DNA of 36,520 bases, taken from an uncultured Acetobacteraceae bacterium. Lineage in GTDB: Bacteria > Pseudomonadota > Alphaproteobacteria > Acetobacterales > Acetobacteraceae. The stretch's first letter is position 1. Every line of letters starts with the position of its first letter. The stretch is taken from NCBI GenBank assembly GCA_964245345.1, contig CAXTMS010000008.1:1-36520 (forward strand). The letters are read 5' to 3'. A model generated the notes under the pieces. That model saw nothing but the letters and a program-made list of their open reading frames with translations. It ran no database searches and was not told the DNA's origin. The position numbers and the translations under genes are program-made. Below, piece by piece: positions 30,267 to 36,520 of this stretch.

Positions 30267-32048
30267 TCATCCCTCGATCAGCTGCCTGATCCGGCTGCCG
30301 AGCGCGTCCATCGCGAACGGCTTGGTGAGGACGTGCATGCCGGGTTCCAGCCTGCCGTGGTCGAGCACCGCTGTCTCGGCATAGCCGGTGATGAACAGCA
30401 CCTTGAGCCCCGGCCGGCCCACGCGCGCCGCGTCCGCAAGCTGGCGGCCGTTCATCCCGCCGGGCAGGCCGACATCGGTGACCAGCAGGTCGATCCGGCG
30501 GTCCTCCCGCAGGATGTCGAGGCCGGCAGCACCGTCGGCCGCTTCCAGCGCCGTATAGCCAAGCTCCCCCAGCGCGTCGGTGACCAGCATGCGCACGGTG
30601 GGCTCGTCGTCGACCAGCAGCACGGTCCAGCCGGCATCGGCCTGCCGCGGGGCGGCCGGCTCCGCCGGGATCTCCCGCACGTCGACCGCGCCCTGGTGGC
30701 GCGGCAAGTAGAGGAACATCGCGGTGCCTTTCCCCGGCTCCGAACTGATCCGCACCTGGCCGTTCGACTGGTGCGCGAAGCCGTAGATCATCGACAGGCC
30801 GAGGCCGGTGCCTTGGCCGATCGGCTTGGTGGTGAAGAACGGGTCGAACGCCCGGGCGATCACCTCCGGGGTCATGCCCGTGCCGGTGTCGCCCACGCAC
30901 AGCGACACGTATTGCCCGGCGGGCAGCTCGTGCAGCCGCCCGTCGCCGTCATCCACCCAAAGGTTGGAGGTTCCGACGGTCAGGGTTCCCCCGTCCGGCA
31001 TCGCGTCCCGGGCGTTGATGCACAGGTTGAGCAGCGCGTTCTCGAGCTGGTTGGGATCGGCCAGCACGGTCCACAGCCCGTCCGCGCAGGCGATCTCGAC
31101 CGTTATCGCGGGTCCCACGGTGCGCCGGATCAGCTCCTCCATTCCGCCGACCAGGCGGTTCATGTCCACCGTTTCCGGCGCCAGGGTCTGCCTGCGCGAG
31201 AACGCCAGCAGCCTGTGCGTCAGCGCCGCCGCACGGTTGGCCGCCCCCTGGGCCGCCACGATGTAGCGGGCCGCGTCGGCCAGCCGCCCCTGCCCGATCC
31301 GGGTGGCGAGCAGCTCCAGGCTGCCGGTGATGCCGGTGAGCAGGTTGTTGAAGTCGTGGGCCAGGCCGCCGGTCAGCTGCCCGACCGCCTCCATCTTCTG
31401 CGCCTGCCGGAGCTGTTCCTCCGCCTTCTGCCGTTCCGCCATCTCGGTTTCGAGCTGTCGGGTCCGCTCGGCGACGCGCTGCTCCAGCGTGGTGTTGAGC
31501 TCCCGCAGGGCGAGGTTGAGGCGGTCCGCGTCGCCGAGGGCGCGGGCCAGGGCGGTGCGCGTCGAGTCCAGCGCCGCGGTCAGGGAGTTCGCGCGCGCGA
31601 GCGCGTCGTCCGCGACCGTCACCAGTCCGGCCGAGGCCAGAACGCGGTTTTCCGCGCGCAACAGGGCGGCGAGCAGCGGAAAGCCGATCCGGTCGAGCGG
31701 CGGCGGCACCAGCCGGTCGACGCCGGCGCCCAGCAGCACCAGCACGGCGTCCGCATCGGCGGCTACCTGGGCCAGGGCCGGAACCATTGTCCGCCGGTTC
31801 GGAAACGCGACGATGCCGGTCACGGTGCCGGAACCGTTGCAGCGGCTGAACAGGTCGCGCCAGCCGGGACCTCCCGGAAGGGTCTGCACGAAGCCGGGAG
31901 CCGGGCACAGCACGCCCAGCTCGTGGTCGCGCACCAGCACCAGCACCGCGTCGGCGCCCCAAAGCCGCGCCAGCGCCGCCGCGGCAGCCGGACGGCGCGC
32001 CGGCTCCGCCAGCGCGTTGACCAGGTCGGAGCCGCCGGGCAGGTCCAT
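30267..32048 (-). CDS. Soluble hybrid sensor histidine kinase (unknown input-HisKA-HATPase-REC)
   Basis: H-box GGLAHDFNNLL, NLCINARDAM, DTGTGM, PFFTTK, GTGLGL; REC with VDDE, LLVTDV, FITGY, KPF. Confidence 0.94.
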   Translation of the reverse strand: MDLPGGSDLVNALAEPARRPAAAAALARLWGADAVLVLVRDHELGVLCPAPGFVQTLPGGPGWRDLFSRCNGSGTVTGIVAFPNRRTMVPALAQVAADADAVLVLLGAGVDRLVPPPLDRIGFPLLAALLRAENRVLASAGLVTVADDALARANSLTAALDSTRTALARALGDADRLNLALRELNTTLEQRVAERTRQLETEMAERQKAEEQLRQAQKMEAVGQLTGGLAHDFNNLLTGITGSLELLATRIGQGRLADAARYIVAAQGAANRAAALTHRLLAFSRRQTLAPETVDMNRLVGGMEELIRRTVGPAITVEIACADGLWTVLADPNQLENALLNLCINARDAMPDGGTLTVGTSNLWVDDGDGRLHELPAGQYVSLCVGDTGTGMTPEVIARAFDPFFTTKPIGQGTGLGLSMIYGFAHQSNGQVRISSEPGKGTAMFLYLPRHQGAVDVREIPAEPAAPRQADAGWTVLLVDDEPTVRMLVTDALGELGYTALEAADGAAGLDILREDRRIDLLVTDVGLPGGMNGRQLADAARVGRPGLKVLFITGYAETAVLDHGRLEPGMHVLTKPFAMDALGSRIRQLIEG

Positions 32049-32069
32049 GACCGGAACCGCGGGACGGGT

Positions 32070-33227
32070 TCAGGCCGGAAGCACGCAAACGACCGCCGTG
32101 CAGTTGTGGAAGCCGTCGAACTGACCATCGGCCCTGGCGATCTGCCCGTGGGTGACGCAGCCGACCATCGGCAGGTCCGACAACCGGTTCCGGACCGCAT
32201 CGAGTTCCAGGGTGTACTCGTCGCCGATGCGGATCCGCGTCGCGGCGCAGTCGAAGAACAGGGCGACGCCCGGCGTGCGGTCGCCGATGCTGGCCAATGC
32301 CGAGGCGGTCGCCCGCTCCACCGCACGCAGGCTGGCCGCCACCGTGCTGCGCATGATACGCACCCGGCTGCCGACCGGCACCTCGGCGGCGCAGTGCACC
32401 ACCCCCGCCTCGTCCACCGACAGCGGCATGCGCAGCTGGAAGCCGGCGGCGGTCTCGATGCCCAGGATGTTGTGCAGGAAGAACGGCAGCGGCGAGTCCG
32501 GATCGAACGGCACGCCGACGGTTCGGGCGTGCGCCTCGAACGCTTCCACCGCCGGCAAACCGTTCAGGCCGATCAACCGGAGGCCGTCCGCGTCCGTCAC
32601 GCGCAACGCGTCCGCCGCCGGTTCCCAGCCATGGCCGACGCCGACGCCGAGCGGCTCTGGGGACAGGATCTCCAGCGCCACCGCCGCGTCGTCCAGCACC
32701 TCCGTGCCGCTGAACACCACCGTGCGGACGAACTGCGCGTTGTCGCCCGCACCGCCGCCGAACAGCTGGTACTGGGCGCCGGTGGCGACCATCAGCTCCT
32801 GGATCAGGGTGGGCGCGTGACCGGCCAGGGCGTCGGTCAGGACCAGCGCGGCACGGTGCATGGTCTGCTCCTCGGCACCGCGGAAGGTGGACACGATCTG
32901 ACCGGCCGCGTCTGCCGCCGACCGGCTCAGGTGACGGCCGACCCCGACGGCAAAGCGGATCGTCTCGCTCTTCAACGCCAGCGCGCAGGCCGCCCCTTCG
33001 CCGTGCGCCAGGTGGGTGAACTCCCCGGCCGAGGAGGAACCGACCAGCAAGGCTGCCGGGTAGTCCGACGACAGCGCCCGGAGCAACGATGCGTGGTCGT
33101 AGCCCGGCGCGGCGAACAGGATGATCGCGTCGGGAGACCCGACAATGGTGGCGCCGATCTGGCGCCCGAGCGCGCGACCCGCCGCTCCGGCGTCGGTAAG
33201 CTCGGTGTAGGCGGTTGCCGTCTGCAT
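32070..33227 (-). CDS. FIST N/C-domain signal transduction protein (NosP-like)
   Basis: LVGSSSAGEF, LFGGGAGDN, GVGHGWEP, FFDCAATR, GCVTHGQI, FHNCTAVV. Confidence 0.88.
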   Translation of the reverse strand: MQTATAYTELTDAGAAGRALGRQIGATIVGSPDAIILFAAPGYDHASLLRALSSDYPAALLVGSSSAGEFTHLAHGEGAACALALKSETIRFAVGVGRHLSRSAADAAGQIVSTFRGAEEQTMHRAALVLTDALAGHAPTLIQELMVATGAQYQLFGGGAGDNAQFVRTVVFSGTEVLDDAAVALEILSPEPLGVGVGHGWEPAADALRVTDADGLRLIGLNGLPAVEAFEAHARTVGVPFDPDSPLPFFLHNILGIETAAGFQLRMPLSVDEAGVVHCAAEVPVGSRVRIMRSTVAASLRAVERATASALASIGDRTPGVALFFDCAATRIRIGDEYTLELDAVRNRLSDLPMVGCVTHGQIARADGQFDGFHNCTAVVCVLPA

Positions 33228-33285
33228 GATCCCGTTCCCTGCCTCGGCACGCGGTCGCCGGATGGGCGCTGGTACCTGCTCAGGC

Positions 33286-34587
33286 TTATGCCGCAGCCGC
33301 GGTCGCTTGCGAACTGCCTGGCGCGCGGGAGGCGAGCGTGGCCACCAGCCCGGCCAGGGCCGCCAGCGACACCCAGATGCCTGGCATCGCCGGGTTGCCG
33401 GTCACGTGGATCGCCCAGGTGCAGACCAGCGGCGTGGCGCCGCCGAACACCGCCACCGCCAGGCTGTAGCTGAGCGAGAAGCCGGCGCTGCGGGCACGCG
33501 TCGGCACCAGCTCGGTCAGGTGCACCACCATCGCCCCGTTGTAGAACCCGTAGAGCGCGGACAACGCCAGCTCGGTCGCGAGCAGCCGTCCGACCGACGG
33601 CACGGCGGTGGCCCAGGCGAGCAGCGGGTATGCCAGCAGAAGCATCAGCAGCGTGGTCGCAAGCAGGATCGGGACGCGTCCGATGCGGTCCGACAGCGCG
33701 CCGGACACCGGCAGCCAGAGCAGGTTCGACAGGCCGACGCAGAACGTCACCGCCAGCACCGACGCCGATGACAGGTGCAGCACGCTGCGGCCGAAGGTCG
33801 GGGTGTACACCGTGATCAGGTAGAACGACACGGTGGTGGTGGTGACCAGCCCGATCCCGACCAGCACCGTTCCTGCCCGGCTGCGCAGGGTGCGGAGGAT
33901 CTCATGCGAGGAGGGCGGGTGCGCCCGGATCGCCTGGAACGCCGGCGTTTCCTGCATCCCGCGCCGGAGCAGGAGCAGCACCGGCACGATCGAGCAGCCG
34001 GCCAGAAGCGGGATGCGCCAGCCCCAGTCCCGCATCTCGCCCGGCGACAGCAGGCCGTTCAGGGCAGCGCCCAGCCCGGCCGCCGTCATCACCGCGACCT
34101 GCTGGCTCGCCGACTGCCAGGACACGAAGACGCCCTTCCGTCCCGGCGGCGCGATCTCTGCCAGGAACACCGACACGCCGCCGAGCTCGACCCCGGCCGA
34201 GAAGCCCTGCAGCAGCCGGCCGAGCAGCACCAGCGCCGGGGCGAGCAGCCCGATGCTGGCATAGCCGGGCATCAGCGCCAGCACCGCCGTGCCCACCGAC
34301 ATCAGCGCCAGGGTCAGGATCAGCCCGGCGCGACGGCCGCGCCGGTCCAGGAACGCGCCCAGCACCAGCGCCCCCAGCGGCCGCATCAGGAACGCGGCCC
34401 AGAAGGTGGCGAAGCTCGCCATCAGCGACACGAACGGGTCACGGGACGGAAAGAACGCGTGCCCGATCGGCCCGGCATAGAAGCCGAACACGATGAAATC
34501 GTACATTTCCAGGAAGTTGCCGCCGGCGACGCGCAGCACCGCCATCGCCGGCGAGCCGGAACGGCGACCGGGCAGCGCGCCGCTCAC
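33286..34587 (-). CDS. MHS-family MFS symporter (CitA/TcuC-like, citrate/tricarballylate)
   Basis: RVAGGNFLEMYDF, FLMRPLGA, RLLQGFSAGVELGG, WQSASQQ, WGWRIP; GTG overlaps the ccrM stop (alternative ATG at 34545). Confidence 0.9.
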   Translation of the reverse strand: MSGALPGRRSGSPAMAVLRVAGGNFLEMYDFIVFGFYAGPIGHAFFPSRDPFVSLMASFATFWAAFLMRPLGALVLGAFLDRRGRRAGLILTLALMSVGTAVLALMPGYASIGLLAPALVLLGRLLQGFSAGVELGGVSVFLAEIAPPGRKGVFVSWQSASQQVAVMTAAGLGAALNGLLSPGEMRDWGWRIPLLAGCSIVPVLLLLRRGMQETPAFQAIRAHPPSSHEILRTLRSRAGTVLVGIGLVTTTTVSFYLITVYTPTFGRSVLHLSSASVLAVTFCVGLSNLLWLPVSGALSDRIGRVPILLATTLLMLLLAYPLLAWATAVPSVGRLLATELALSALYGFYNGAMVVHLTELVPTRARSAGFSLSYSLAVAVFGGATPLVCTWAIHVTGNPAMPGIWVSLAALAGLVATLASRAPGSSQATAAAA

Positions 34588-35669
34588 CCCGCCTCGTCGC
34601 CCGCGACCAGGGCCGACTCCGTCCGCACCACGTCCAGCGCCACCAGCACCCCGTCGCGCTCGAGATGCCAGAAGGTCCAGCCGTTGCAGGACGGCGCGTT
34701 GGTCAGCGCCGCGCCGATCTGGTGGATCGAGCCGCGCCTGGCGCCGCTGACCAGGGTGCCGTCCGGTGACACCACCGCGCTCACCCGCTTCTGCCGGTCG
34801 GTGACCCGGGTGCCGGGCGGCACCAGGCCGCGCTCCACCAGGCTGCCGAACGGGATGCGCGGGACGTCCCGCTTGGCCGGGCTCGCCGCCGCCTGGTCGG
34901 GGCCGAGCGGCCGCTCGCGCCGGTAACGCCCGATCGCCGCCTCGGCGTAGTCGGGATGCCGTTCGATGCCGATGAAGCGCCGCCGCAGCCGCTTGGCCAT
35001 CGCCGCCGTGGTGCCGGTGCCGGTGAACGGGTCGAGCACGATGTCGTCGATGCCGGTGGAGGCGAGCAGCACCCGGTGCAGCAGGCTTTCCGGCTTCTGG
35101 GTCGGATGCAGCTTGAGCCCGTGCCGGTTGCGCAGCCGCTCGTTGCCGGTGCAAAGCGGCAGCAGCCAGTCGGAGCGCATCTGCACGTCGTCGTTCAGCG
35201 CCTTCATCGCCGCGTAGTTGAAGCGGTAGCGGCTGGTCTTGTCCCGTGCCGCCCAGATCAGCGTCTCGTGGGCGTTGGTGAAGCGGCGGCCGCGGAAGTT
35301 CGGCATCGGGTTGGACTTGCGCCAGATCACGTCGTTCAGGATCCAGAAGCCGAGGTCCTGCAGGATCGTGCCGATGCGGAAGATGTTGTGGTACGAGCCG
35401 ATCACCCAGATGGTGGCGTCCTTGCGCATCAGCCGGCGCGCTTCGCCCAGCCAGTCGCGTGTGAACCGGTCATACTCGGCGTAGTCGCCGAACTTGTCCC
35501 AGTCGTCGTCCACCCCATCCACCAGGCTGTCGTCGGGACGACGCAGCTCGCCACGCAGCTGTAGATTGTACGGCGGGTCCGCGAACACGCAGTCGACCGA
35601 GCCGGTCGGAAGCAGCCGCATCAGCTCGACGCAGTCGCCCACCAGCACCTGGTCGAGGGGAAGTTCCAT
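34584..35669 (-). CDS. ccrM: Cell-cycle-regulated DNA adenine methyltransferase (GANTC)
   Basis: FADPPYNLQL, IGSYHNIFR, NPMPNFRGRRFTNAHET, HPTQKPE, DPFTGTGTT, C-terminal GSIH..CNGWTFWH; rnhB-ccrM synteny. Confidence 0.95.
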   Translation of the reverse strand: MELPLDQVLVGDCVELMRLLPTGSVDCVFADPPYNLQLRGELRRPDDSLVDGVDDDWDKFGDYAEYDRFTRDWLGEARRLMRKDATIWVIGSYHNIFRIGTILQDLGFWILNDVIWRKSNPMPNFRGRRFTNAHETLIWAARDKTSRYRFNYAAMKALNDDVQMRSDWLLPLCTGNERLRNRHGLKLHPTQKPESLLHRVLLASTGIDDIVLDPFTGTGTTAAMAKRLRRRFIGIERHPDYAEAAIGRYRRERPLGPDQAAASPAKRDVPRIPFGSLVERGLVPPGTRVTDRQKRVSAVVSPDGTLVSGARRGSIHQIGAALTNAPSCNGWTFWHLERDGVLVALDVVRTESALVAGDEAG

Positions 35670-35703
35670 CGCCGGCCAGGTCACGGTGGTGCCGGCGCCG
35701 CGG

Positions 35704-36327
35704 TCACGCAGGCGCCATCAGGTCCAGCCCGAGCTGACGCACCGTGCCGAACTCCTGGCGATGATGGCGGGTGATGCCGAGCAGGCCCAGCGCCGTGCGG
35801 TGGTGCACGGTGCCGTAGCCGGCGTTGCGCTCCCAGCCATAGCCGGGACAGCGCCGACCGAGCCGGACCATCAGGCGGTCCCGCGTCACCTTGGCCACAA
35901 TGGAGGCAGCGGCGATCGACAGGCACTCCGCGTCTCCGCCGATCACCGCCTCGCTGGCGCAGGGAAGCGACGGGCAGCGATTGCCGTCCACCAGCACCAG
36001 CTCCGGCTGCACCGGCAGCCGCGTCACGGCGCGCGACATCGCCAGCATGCTGGCGTGCAGGATGTTGAGCCGCGCGATCTCGCGCACGGACGCGGCTGCC
36101 ACGCCGATCTGGATGCCGGGGCAGCCTAGCAGGGCGTGGTACGCCGCTTCCCGAGCCTCCGGAGCCAGCTTCTTCGAGTCGTCGAGCAACGTTGCGAGGC
36201 AGCGGGACGGCCGACGCGAGAACATCACCGCCGCTGCGACGACCGGACCGGCCAGCGGCCCGCGTCCGACCTCGTCCACGCCGGCCACTCGCCCACCGTG
36301 ACGGGTTTCACGCCTGTAGTGCGGCAT
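35704..36327 (-). CDS. rnhB: Ribonuclease HII
   Basis: [43 protein letters not shown]. Confidence 0.97.
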   Translation of the reverse strand: MPHYRRETRHGGRVAGVDEVGRGPLAGPVVAAAVMFSRRPSRCLATLLDDSKKLAPEAREAAYHALLGCPGIQIGVAAASVREIARLNILHASMLAMSRAVTRLPVQPELVLVDGNRCPSLPCASEAVIGGDAECLSIAAASIVAKVTRDRLMVRLGRRCPGYGWERNAGYGTVHHRTALGLLGITRHHRQEFGTVRQLGLDLMAPA

Positions 36328-36482
36328 CCCTGCCCCGCCATTCTCAGGCCGCGGGCAGACCCGCTGAAATGCGAGTCGGCTGACGAAACGGCCGCTGCCA
36401 CAGGCAAACCATCAATACCGAGCCCATGGCAAGCACCGCGTCACGCATCGACGCTCGTCGGAACTCGAGTCGACGCCTGCGG

Positions 36483-36520
36483 TCAGCCGCGTGACGGGAT
36501 GAGCAGGAACCCGAGCAGGA
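36483..36520 (-). CDS. Possible 3' end of a membrane protein gene cut by the window edge
   Basis: Minus strand reads ...LLGFLLIPSRG-stop; too short to identify. Confidence 0.35.
   Translation of the reverse strand, partial: LLGFLLIPSRG

Noticed and set aside
30333-33473. 1046-aa plus-strand ORF
   Set aside because: Antisense shadow of the kinase and FIST genes; it stays open partly because those two genes share a frame
34584-35669. Methyltransferase as part of a restriction-modification or defence system
   Set aside because: Has the CcrM-specific C-terminal motif and rnhB synteny; no endonuclease adjacent
35670-36520. CtrA box upstream of ccrM or rnhB
   Set aside because: No TTAA-N7-TTAA seen

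Overview
High-GC alphaproteobacterial chromosomal segment; gene content and order suggest Acetobacteraceae/Rhodospirillales (inference). It is mostly core genome: carB(partial)-greA-threonine dehydratase; msrB-upp-dodecin; gpmI-envC-like-ctpA(S41)-divergent polysaccharide deacetylase-rppH; emrAB-type efflux pair; MsbA-like ABC exporter; DUF1285-CCA enzyme divergent from a MoxR/DUF58/BatA-DUF4159/vWA operon; tspO, ankyrin-like protein, RhtA-like EamA; and rnhB-ccrM. I saw no tRNA/rRNA, mobile element or CRISPR array. Best leads: (1) a YkvA/DUF1232 membrane motif fused to a PAPS-dependent sulfotransferase domain; (2) a FIST (NosP-like) gene plus a soluble hybrid kinase with an unrecognised input domain, in the same frame and separated by one TGA, downstream of ccrM; (3) a frameshift-split, Tat-like OBAP/DUF1264 gene behind a consensus EcfG-type promoter, with other candidate general-stress genes nearby; (4) a non-canonical hammerhead-like three-way junction upstream of rnhB. 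All assignments come from motif recognition by eye; no searches were run.
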